Assembly (NCBI GenBank): GCA_050014195.1
Contig: JBEKDT010000023.1
Span: 1-46,687, forward strand
Reading direction: 5' to 3'
From: Desulfomonilia bacterium
GTDB lineage: Bacteria; Desulfobacterota; Desulfomonilia; UBA1062
DNA: 46,687 nt
In this document: positions 38,921 through 46,687 of the stretch, in pieces
Layout: each line of letters begins with the position of its first letter
Numbering within the stretch: position 1 is the stretch's first letter
Position numbers and translations under genes: made by a program
Notes under the pieces: generated by a model
Told to the model about the DNA's origin: nothing
Database searches by the model: none
Seen by the model: only the letters and a program-made list of their open reading frames with translations

Positions 38921-38953
38921 TGTTTCTATACATAGAAACATTTCGGCTGTCAA
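38921..38953 (-). promoter_or_regulatory. trp sigma70 promoter with overlapping palindrome
   Basis: TTGACA-17 nt-TATAGA; TGTTTCTAT-ac-ATAGAAACA (38921-38940) covers the -10. Confidence 0.7.
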
Positions 38954-39086
38954 CCCTTTTTCTTTAATACAAAAAAATAAAGGTACACCCATGTGTATCG
39001 ACTTGATTTTTTCTCCACTGAACGATATCATAATCAGTGTTTGCAACAACCTTTACCACCATCACCTTCACGCACAAGGGGGCACT

Positions 39087-40097
39087 ATGAACGACAATAT
39101 CATCTCCTTAGACCGTCACATCATGGAGGAGCAGCGTAAGTTCGGCGGCAAGGGCGATTTCAGCTCCATCCTGAGCCAGATCATCTTTGCCGCCAAGGTC
39201 GTGGCGGCACAGGTTGCCCATGCGGGGCTCGTGGAGGACATCCTCGGGAGGACCGGCAAGACGAACATCCAGGGAGAAGAGGTGCAGAAACTCGATGTCT
39301 ATGCCAATAAGGTCTTTATCAACGCCCTGAACTACATCGGCAAGGTCTGCGTCATGGCCTCCGAGGAAGAGCAGGGCATGATCAAAATACCCGATGATTA
39401 CCCCAAGGGCGGGTATGTGGTGATGTTCGACCCCCTGGACGGATCCACCAACATCGATGTAAATGTATCCATCGGCACCATTTTCGGTATTTATAGGCGG
39501 GTCACCGACCACGGCGATGGAACCTTGGACGACTGCCTCCAGCCGGGTCACAAGCTCTACGGGGCAGGCTACATCATCTACAGCTCCAGCACCATACTGG
39601 TTTATTCCACAGGCAACGGGGTGAACGGTTTCAGCCTTGATCCGAGTGTGGGCGAGTTCATCCTGTCGCACCCCGACATAAAGATGCCGAAGCGCGGCAA
39701 GATCTACAGCACCAATGAGGGTAACTGTCCCTATTGGAAGCAGGGGACCAAGGAATACATCGATTACCTGAAATCCGAGAACAACACCTTGAAGAAGCCT
39801 TATTCGTCTCGTTATATCGGCTCACTCGTGGCCGACTTCCACAGAAACCTTTTAAAAGGCGGCATCTTCCTCTACCCGGAAGACATCAAAGACCCCAAGA
39901 AACCCACGGGCAAGCTCAGGCTCCTTTACGAAGCCAACCCTCTGGCCTTCATCGCCGAACAGGCGGGCGGGTATGCATCAACAGGATATGAGCCGATTCT
40001 CGGGATCAAGCCTACGGGCTTGCACCAGAGAGTGCCGCTCATCATCGGCTCCAAGGACGATGTTTTGGAGTACGAGCAGTTTGCAAAGAAGAATTAA
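39087..40097 (+). CDS. fbp: Fructose-1,6-bisphosphatase class 1
   Basis: NIQGEEVQKLD, ASEE, FDPLDGSTN, RYIGSLVADFHR, GKLRLLYEANP. Confidence 0.96.
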   Translation: MNDNIISLDRHIMEEQRKFGGKGDFSSILSQIIFAAKVVAAQVAHAGLVEDILGRTGKTNIQGEEVQKLDVYANKVFINALNYIGKVCVMASEEEQGMIKIPDDYPKGGYVVMFDPLDGSTNIDVNVSIGTIFGIYRRVTDHGDGTLDDCLQPGHKLYGAGYIIYSSSTILVYSTGNGVNGFSLDPSVGEFILSHPDIKMPKRGKIYSTNEGNCPYWKQGTKEYIDYLKSENNTLKKPYSSRYIGSLVADFHRNLLKGGIFLYPEDIKDPKKPTGKLRLLYEANPLAFIAEQAGGYASTGYEPILGIKPTGLHQRVPLIIGSKDDVLEYEQFAKKN

Positions 40098-40131
40098 GTG
40101 CAGGCAATAAAACAAAATGAGGAGGCAAACC

Positions 40132-41403
40132 ATGGCGAGCAAGAAGGACTTCAACAAGGCCCTTGAGATAGGCCGTCCACCCAACATCGTTAAGCTTTTC
40201 CCCAACTCAAAAGCGCTCATTGTAAGCGGCAAGGTTATCGACCGGGCCATGATCAAGAAGGGCAAGGCCATGACCATCGCAGCCAACGGCCGCAACAGCA
40301 TTATTATCCGGGGTGTGTTGCAGGCGGCCCAGCGCGCCGATGCAGCCGTCATCCTCGAGATCGCCAAGTCCGAGGCCAACTACTGCCCCATCAGCATGTG
40401 GAATCTTGCACGATTTGCGGATACCATCTGCAATGAGCTCGGCATCACCGTTCCCGTTGCCATCCATGCAGACCATTTCGGCTTGAAGAAGCAGCCCGAG
40501 GTGGGCAAGGCCAAGGCGGATATCCCGTCCATGTTCGACGCAGGCATCACCTCCATTGCCATCGACGCATCCCACATGGTGGACGATGAGAACCTGCTCA
40601 CCAACCTCGAACTGAACTCGTTTATCCCATCGTGGGCCGGCTATGAGACCGAGGTTGGCGAGATCAAGGGCAAGGAAGGCCTTTCCACCCCTGAGGAAGC
40701 CCTCTTCCTTATCCAGGGCCTGAACGCCAATGGTATCTTCCCGGACTGGATCGCGCTCAACAACGGCACCACCCACGGCATCGAAGCCACGGACTCGGGG
40801 ATCGATGTGGAACTAACCAAACGCATCCATGCGGAGCTTGCAAAATACGGCATCTCAGGCGCCCAGCACGGCACATCCGGCAACAGCTATGAGCGGTTGA
40901 AAAGGATCGCCACAGAGACGCGTACCACCAAGGCCAATGTGGCCACTGCCCTGCAGATGATTTCCTGGGGCGTCAAGGTCAATGAGTTCGGAAACGCCTT
41001 CCTGGATGATCAGAAAAACTTCATCAAGCTTAAAGATGAGGGGGTAACCGATGATCTGTGGGCCGAGATGGTGGCCTATGCCCAGGGTAAATCGCTTAAG
41101 GCCGGCGACTACAAGAACCTGAACCTGCCATTCGAGAACAAGCTTCTGGCCCAGCCCAAAATGGTCCGTGAGCGCATGGCCAAGGGCGTGGAGGACTTTG
41201 TCTATGACCTGCTCGTAAAGTGGTTCAATGCCGAAGGCACGGCACCGCTTGCGATAGAGGCAATCATCGAGAAGGGCTCCTACGATCTCGGGCCCAAGGG
41301 GAACCACATCGAAGATCCCAAGGAGTGGACAAAAGAAAAGATCATGGCCCGCGGGCAGGCACTGCACAAGAAAGGGGCAGGGACCGGAAATTACGACGAC
41401 TGA
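40132..41403 (+). CDS. fba: Class II fructose-bisphosphate aldolase
   Basis: AIHADH, IDASH, ETEVG, NGTTHG, AQHGTSG, KANVAT; follows fbp. Confidence 0.9.
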   Translation: MASKKDFNKALEIGRPPNIVKLFPNSKALIVSGKVIDRAMIKKGKAMTIAANGRNSIIIRGVLQAAQRADAAVILEIAKSEANYCPISMWNLARFADTICNELGITVPVAIHADHFGLKKQPEVGKAKADIPSMFDAGITSIAIDASHMVDDENLLTNLELNSFIPSWAGYETEVGEIKGKEGLSTPEEALFLIQGLNANGIFPDWIALNNGTTHGIEATDSGIDVELTKRIHAELAKYGISGAQHGTSGNSYERLKRIATETRTTKANVATALQMISWGVKVNEFGNAFLDDQKNFIKLKDEGVTDDLWAEMVAYAQGKSLKAGDYKNLNLPFENKLLAQPKMVRERMAKGVEDFVYDLLVKWFNAEGTAPLAIEAIIEKGSYDLGPKGNHIEDPKEWTKEKIMARGQALHKKGAGTGNYDD

Positions 41404-41484
41404 TAGGGCATTATGGCCCTTGACTGGCAGGAAATTGTATGGCATGAGGGCACTGCTCTCATTCGAAAATCCAGGAAGGTAATA

Positions 41485-41679
41485 ATGGCACGAGTCACCG
41501 TAGAAGATTGTCTTGAAAAAGTAGCGGATCGCTTTTCCCTGGCTGTTGCCGCATCGAAGCGCACAAAGCAGCTCATGAAGGGCTCTGTCCCCTTGAGCAG
41601 GCGCAAGGACAACAAATTTGTGGTCACTGCGCTGCGCGAGCTGGCCGAAGGGAAGATCACGCTGCACGAACGTTCATGA
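41485..41679 (+). CDS. rpoZ: RNA polymerase omega subunit
   Basis: [14 protein letters not shown]...[22 protein letters not shown]. Confidence 0.95.
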   Translation: MARVTVEDCLEKVADRFSLAVAASKRTKQLMKGSVPLSRRKDNKFVVTALRELAEGKITLHERS

Positions 41680-42773
41680 CAAAAAGGGATTACTACGAGA
41701 TCCTTGGAGTACCGAAGTTAGCGTCCCCGGACGAGATTAAAAAGGCCTACCGCCAGCTTGCACTGAAATTCCATCCGGACCGCAACCCCGGAGACCATCA
41801 AGCCGAATCGCGCTTCAAGGAGGCGGCCGAGGCCTATGAGGTGCTCCACGAACCGGAGAAGAGGCATCTTTACGACCAATACGGTCATGAAGGACTCTCG
41901 CGCACCAATTTCCACGAGTTTACCAACTTCGACGACATCTTCAGCAGTTTCTCCGACATCTTCGGCGATATGTTCGGCTTCCCGGGCAGTAGGAGGGGAG
42001 GCCGCAGGCGTCCCACCAAGGGTGCCGATCTCAGGTATGACACCACCATCACCCTGGAGCAGGCGGCAAAAGGCACTGAGATCGAGCTGGATATCCCCAA
42101 GACGGAGACCTGCAAAGAATGCAAGGGAACAGGCGCCGAAGCAGGGACATCGCCCGAAAGATGTTCGACCTGCGGCGGCAAGGGCCAGGTCTATAGGACC
42201 CAGGGCTTCTTCACCATCAGCACCACCTGCCCAAGCTGCAGAGGGGCAGGCCAGGTAATCAAGAAGCCCTGCAAGGTCTGCAAGGGCTCAGGTCATATAA
42301 GCAGGAGGAAGCACCTCAAGGTCAAGATCCCTGCCGGTGTCGACACCGGGGCCACCATGCGGGTCCCCAGTGAAGGAGAGGCAGGCGACCTCGGAGGGCC
42401 GCCGGGCGATCTGTATGTCTTCATCAACCTCAAACAGCACGATACCTTTGTCAGGCAAGGCGACGACCTGTACATCGAGATGCCCATCAGCTTTGTGCAG
42501 GCAACGCTGGGCACTACTGCCAAGGTACCTACACTGGACGGCGAGACGGATCTCACGATCAAACCCGGCACACAGCCGGACGAGATCTATACCATCAAGG
42601 ACAAGGGGATAAAGCACCTCAGACACAGCGGCTATGGCTCGCTCCACATCGGCATCAAGGTGGAGATCCCCAAGAAGCTCTCCAAGGCACAGGAAGATCT
42701 CCTGCGCAAGTTCGCCGAGATCACCAATGATGATGTGAAAGATCCGAAGAAGAAGCTGTTCGGAAGGTTTTAA
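41676..42773 (+). CDS. dnaJ: Chaperone DnaJ
   Basis: J domain with HPD, G/F region, four CxxCxGxG zinc repeats, [13 protein letters not shown]. Confidence 0.97.
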   Translation: MTKRDYYEILGVPKLASPDEIKKAYRQLALKFHPDRNPGDHQAESRFKEAAEAYEVLHEPEKRHLYDQYGHEGLSRTNFHEFTNFDDIFSSFSDIFGDMFGFPGSRRGGRRRPTKGADLRYDTTITLEQAAKGTEIELDIPKTETCKECKGTGAEAGTSPERCSTCGGKGQVYRTQGFFTISTTCPSCRGAGQVIKKPCKVCKGSGHISRRKHLKVKIPAGVDTGATMRVPSEGEAGDLGGPPGDLYVFINLKQHDTFVRQGDDLYIEMPISFVQATLGTTAKVPTLDGETDLTIKPGTQPDEIYTIKDKGIKHLRHSGYGSLHIGIKVEIPKKLSKAQEDLLRKFAEITNDDVKDPKKKLFGRF

Positions 42774-42815
42774 AAAAAGCAGGCAAAAGTTGCTCGCCAT
42801 TAGGTTCTAGTTCTT

Positions 42816-42948
42816 TGTAGGAGCGGATTTAGCCGCGACAACCCAGGTTGGGTATAAAGCCCCCGCTACACAATATTTTCTCATGTCGCGCCTGAAGGCG
42901 CTCCTACAGTGAATGTGCATAGGAGCGGCCTTAGCCGCGACATGAGAA
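42816..42948. repeat. GTAG REP cluster between convergent genes
   Basis: Units at 42816-42840 (+), degenerate about 42848-42870 (-), 42884-42908 (-), 42920-42942 (+); the last two extend into TTCTCA/TGAGAA inverted flanks. Confidence 0.85.
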
Positions 42949-42974
42949 TCAGATTGCGTAATTTCGAACTGAAT

Positions 42975-44204
42975 TTACTCGTATCGCAGGGCATCGATGG
43001 GGTTTAAAAGCGATGCCTTGTAGGCCGGGTAGAATCCGAAAAATATCCCGATAAACCCGGAAAATCCGAAGGCCAGGAGCACCGCCAGGGGAGAGACGAC
43101 CGTAGGCCAATCTGCAAATTTCGAGATGGTGGCTGCAACGATGGTGCCCACGATTATCCCGACAATGCCGCCGATGAGGGAAAGGGTCACGGCCTCGATG
43201 ATGAACTGGAAGCGGATGTCTTTTGCCTTGGCCCCCACGGCCATGCGTATGCCGATCTCTCTGGTGCGTTCCGTCACGGAGACGAGCATGATGTTCATGA
43301 TGCCGATACCGCCGACCACGAGCGAGACAGAGGCGATGGCACCCAGGAGCAAGGTCATGACGGTGGTGAACTGCTGTGCCATCTGGAGCATCTGGGTGAG
43401 GTTCCGTACCGTGAAATCCACATCCCTGCTCGGCCCGATGTGATGACGCTGCATCAGGAGATCATTCACTTCCGTCTCGGCGACCGGCAGCTCATCGGTG
43501 CTCTTCGCCTTCACCATAATGGTACGGACCATCCCGGGGAAGGCGGTGCCGATGATCTTCTTCTGGGCGGTGGTGATGGGGATGTATACGACATCGTCCT
43601 GGTCCTGCCCCCCGAGCGACTGACCCTTCTCTTCCAGGACCCCGATAACGGTGAAGGGGACATTCTTGACCCGGATGATCTTGCCCACCGGGTCCTCGTT
43701 CTCAAATAGATTTTCTATGATGGTCTGGCCGATAAGGCAGACCTTGGTGGCATTGCGTATGTCCTGATCCGAGAAGTTTCTTCCCTCAACGATGGCACAG
43801 TCACGGACGGTAAGAATGCTCGATGTGGTCCCGGTGATGGATGTAGCCCAGTTCTGGTTCCCGAAGATCACCTGGCCGGAGCCGTTCAGGATCGGTGCCA
43901 CGGTCTGAACTGCTGAGCATTCCGCCTCAATCGCCTCAGCATCCGACATAGTGAGCGTCGACTGCGAGCCTGACCCCATGCGCAATCCGCCCTGGGTGGT
44001 GCTGCCGGGGACGACGATGATGAGGTTGCTCCCCACGCTGGCAACCTGTTGTGCGATCTTCCTGCTCGCGCCGGTGCCCACGGCAAGCATGGCGATGACG
44101 GCCGCCACGCCGATGATGATACCCAGCATGGTAAGCGACGAACGCATCTTGTTCACCCAGAGCGCACGAAGCGATATCTTGACCGTAGCAGGTATACTGA
44201 TCAT
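42975..44204 (-). CDS. MacB-like ABC transporter permease
   Basis: NKMRSSLTMLGIIIGV, VGGIGIMNIMLVSVTERTREIGIRMAVGA, PIDALRYE. Confidence 0.94.
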   Translation of the reverse strand: MISIPATVKISLRALWVNKMRSSLTMLGIIIGVAAVIAMLAVGTGASRKIAQQVASVGSNLIIVVPGSTTQGGLRMGSGSQSTLTMSDAEAIEAECSAVQTVAPILNGSGQVIFGNQNWATSITGTTSSILTVRDCAIVEGRNFSDQDIRNATKVCLIGQTIIENLFENEDPVGKIIRVKNVPFTVIGVLEEKGQSLGGQDQDDVVYIPITTAQKKIIGTAFPGMVRTIMVKAKSTDELPVAETEVNDLLMQRHHIGPSRDVDFTVRNLTQMLQMAQQFTTVMTLLLGAIASVSLVVGGIGIMNIMLVSVTERTREIGIRMAVGAKAKDIRFQFIIEAVTLSLIGGIVGIIVGTIVAATISKFADWPTVVSPLAVLLAFGFSGFIGIFFGFYPAYKASLLNPIDALRYE

Positions 44205-44890
44205 ACGCTTTTCACCTCATCGCTTATCACCTTCCCGTCCAAAAAATGGATACGCCGCTTGCTGTATGCCGCGATATCCGCTTCATGTGTGACCAGTATG
44301 ATGGTGATGCCCGATTCACGGTTGAGCTTGACAAAGAGGTTCATGATCTCCATGGAGGTCTTGGTGTCGAGATTGCCGGTGGGCTCGTCGGCAAAGATAA
44401 GGGGGGCCTCATTGACAAGGGCCCGGGCAATGGCCACCCGCTGCTGCTGCCCACCTGAGAGCTGGTTCGGGTGGTGGTGCTCCCTGCCATCTAGCCCCAT
44501 GGACTTCATGGCCGCAAGGGCTCGCTTCCTTCTTTGCGCAGCATGAATACCATTATAAAGCATGGGGAGTTCCACGTTCTCCAGGGCATTCGCCCTGGGA
44601 AGGAGGTTGAACCCCTGAAAGACGAAGCCGATCTTCCGGCTCCTGATGTCTGCCAGTGCATCGGGGCTTAAGTGCCCGATATCCATTCCATCTAGTCGGT
44701 ACATCCCGCTGGTCGGCTTATCCAGGCAGCCGACAACGTTCATGAAGGTGGATTTTCCGGAGCCCGACGGGCCCATGATGGCGACGAACTCTCCCTGCTC
44801 AATGCTTAAGGTAACTCCATCCAAGGCATGGACAGGGCTCTCACCCACATCATAAATCTTATAGAGGTTATCCGTTTCAATCAGCGCCAT
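44201..44890 (-). CDS. ABC transporter ATP-binding protein (MacB/LolD-like)
   Basis: GPSGSGKST, LSGGQQQRVAIARAL, ADEPTGNLD, VTHE. Confidence 0.95.
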   Translation of the reverse strand: MALIETDNLYKIYDVGESPVHALDGVTLSIEQGEFVAIMGPSGSGKSTFMNVVGCLDKPTSGMYRLDGMDIGHLSPDALADIRSRKIGFVFQGFNLLPRANALENVELPMLYNGIHAAQRRKRALAAMKSMGLDGREHHHPNQLSGGQQQRVAIARALVNEAPLIFADEPTGNLDTKTSMEIMNLFVKLNRESGITIILVTHEADIAAYSKRRIHFLDGKVISDEVKSV

Positions 44891-46077
44891 CAGCGGAAGA
44901 ACCTCGGTGTCGCGCTTGCCTGTTGCGGCTTTTCGTTCTGCCCGAGGGCTGCGACAATGACCTCCTGGCCTTCCTTCAAAGGCCCGGAGACGATCTCGGT
45001 GGAAGAACCGTCGCTGATACCCACAACCACTTTGACACGTTTCGGTGTGTCATTCTCAAGGACCCAGACCGCAGGCCCTTTATTCCCTGCGGCAGGCTTC
45101 TTCTGGGGGGTTACCGATCCGTTTCCCTGTTTCTCCGGATGGAATCGCAGGGCGCTGTTGGGCACCACGAGCACACCGCTCCTGCGGGCCGTGATGATCG
45201 AGACATTGGCGGTCATGCCGGGCTTGAGTTTCAGATCACTATTGTTTACCTGCACGACCACGTCATAGGTGACGACATTCTGTACCATCACTGCCGCATT
45301 CCGGACCTGTGCAACCTTCCCGGTAAAATTCGTGTCGGGGTAGGCATCCACGGTGAACCGGGCCTCTTGCTCGACTTTAACGTTGCCCACATCGGCCTCA
45401 TCCACGCTCGTATCGATCTGCATCTTGGTAAGGTCATTGGCAATGGTGAAAAGTGTGGGTGTCTGGAAGCTTGCCGCCACGGTCTGACCGACATCGATGT
45501 TCCGCGAGATGACCGTGCCGTTTACCGGCGAAAGGATCTTCGTGTAGCGAAAGTTTGTTTCCGCCTGATTCAGGGCCGCCCTGTTCTGGAGAACCGAAGC
45601 CCTTGCAGCATCAACCTGTGCCTTGGAAGTCTGTACATTGGTTTCCGAGGTGTCCAGATCGCTCTGGGCTATGAAATTTTTTGCTATGAGCTGCTTGTTA
45701 CGCTCATATGTCCGCCGTGCATCCACAAGAGAGGCTTCACTTTTCCCGAGATTGGCCTCGGCATTGAGGAGGTTCGCCTGTGCCTGGTCTACCTGGGCCT
45801 GGAATGTGGCCGGGTCGATCTGGGCCAGGAGCTGGCCCTTCCTTACGGGTGAATTGTAGTCCACATACAGGGCACTGATCGTCCCTGATACCTGGGTCCC
45901 CACGAGTACGGTCGTTACCGCATTGACCGTGCCCGTGGCCGTCACAGACGCCTCCAGGTCCGTTCGGTGAACCGCAGTTGTCTTATACTGCGGAGCCTTG
46001 TCCCCTTTCTTCATCATATACCATGCGCCGGCGGCGACGATGATCACGAGCAGTCCAAGTATGAGAATCCTTCTCAT
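44890..46077 (-). CDS. MacA-like periplasmic adaptor
   Basis: N-terminal TM, VGTQVSGTI, SPVNGTV, GQTVAASFQTPTLF, LKPGMTA. Confidence 0.93.
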   Translation of the reverse strand: MRRILILGLLVIIVAAGAWYMMKKGDKAPQYKTTAVHRTDLEASVTATGTVNAVTTVLVGTQVSGTISALYVDYNSPVRKGQLLAQIDPATFQAQVDQAQANLLNAEANLGKSEASLVDARRTYERNKQLIAKNFIAQSDLDTSETNVQTSKAQVDAARASVLQNRAALNQAETNFRYTKILSPVNGTVISRNIDVGQTVAASFQTPTLFTIANDLTKMQIDTSVDEADVGNVKVEQEARFTVDAYPDTNFTGKVAQVRNAAVMVQNVVTYDVVVQVNNSDLKLKPGMTANVSIITARRSGVLVVPNSALRFHPEKQGNGSVTPQKKPAAGNKGPAVWVLENDTPKRVKVVVGISDGSSTEIVSGPLKEGQEVIVAALGQNEKPQQASATPRFFR

Positions 46078-46687
46078 TGCTTTACTCCCATGGCCTTTTC
46101 CAGGCTTGCGACGGCAAGGTGGAAGTCACTCAGGGCGTTTATATAGGAGGTCTTGGCGTTGATATCCGTCACCAGCGCATCCGTCACCTCAATCGTGTTC
46201 CCCACCCCTGCCGCATAACGCCCCTGCGCAAGCTCCCGATTCTCCTTCGCCTGCTTCACCGTGACCTCCGCCAGCACGATCCCCTCTTTTGCCAGCGTGA
46301 AGTTGGAATAGGCCTGCTCGATATCAAACCGGATCCCCTGCCGGATGAATTCCTCATTCGCCCTTGCCACCTCCAGGTTGGCCCTGGCCTCCTCCACCTG
46401 TGACTTGGTCAGAAACCCGCTGAACAGCGGAAAGTTCAGCGTGGCCCCTACCGTCCACTCCTTGTCCAGAGGATAGTTAAGCCCGCCCCATCCATACGCC
46501 GCATTGCCGGACAGCACCGGGTAGTACCCCGTCTGCGCCAGGTCTATCGACCGCCCCGCCGCCTCACGCTTCGCCTTGGCAGAGGCAAGGTCGGGACGCG
46601 CTTCATATCCCCGCTTCAACGCAGTCTCAAGGTCGATGGGGTAGTCCTGGTAGCCCGCAGTATCCTTAACCTCATAGCCTGGCGCTT
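46074..46687 (-). CDS. TolC family outer membrane factor (5' part outside window)
   Basis: RPDL, GYYPVL, LNFPLFSG, GRYAAGVGNTIEV, LEKAMG; frame open to the window edge. Confidence 0.9.
   Translation of the reverse strand, partial: APGYEVKDTAGYQDYPIDLETALKRGYEARPDLASAKAKREAAGRSIDLAQTGYYPVLSGNAAYGWGGLNYPLDKEWTVGATLNFPLFSGFLTKSQVEEARANLEVARANEEFIRQGIRFDIEQAYSNFTLAKEGIVLAEVTVKQAKENRELAQGRYAAGVGNTIEVTDALVTDINAKTSYINALSDFHLAVASLEKAMGVKQ

Noticed and set aside
41676-42773. dnaJ coupled to rpoZ without dnaK/grpE
   Set aside because: Stand-alone dnaJ copies are common, so this is not informative by itself.

Overview
A mostly housekeeping, moderately GC-rich bacterial window. Gene content suggests a deltaproteobacterial (Desulfobacterota-like) lineage, which is inference only. 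Left to right it contains: TPAT/TRAP-T transporter genes (tatP partial, tatT), serC, an acyl-CoA dehydrogenase, a minus-strand operon (ilvD, AmmeMemoRadiSam radical SAM, M18 aminopeptidase, degenerate His-kinase-like protein, NUDIX, polA), a sigma54-driven small membrane protein, an M16 peptidase, an OYE, yjbQ, a nitroreductase, rlmB, a PaaI thioesterase, a four-gene HEAT/ParA/coiled-coil operon, priA, a decayed island ending at tRNA-Ser(GCT), an NlpE/META lipoprotein, trpEGDCFBA with a Trp-Trp-Trp attenuator, fbp-fba-rpoZ-dnaJ, and a TolC/MacA/MacB-type efflux operon. Two observations stand out. (1) The operon at 21048-23750 looks like a minimal PomXYZ division-site positioning system in a non-myxobacterial-looking genome: a clear PomZ-like ATPase, a PomX-like coiled coil, a HEAT-only PomY candidate and an extra small coiled coil. 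(2) There are two copies of a nested non-autonomous element with 24-bp terminal inverted repeats and target-site duplications, probably ISL3-derived. Each has inner inverted 9-mer arrays, which enclose a decayed GxxExxY nuclease gene in one copy and an unrelated 75-bp filler in the other. Several other palindromic repeat classes are also present (GTAG REPs, a perfect 27-bp-arm hairpin at the polA start, a heptamer run). Family assignments come from motif recognition and memory, not from database searches.
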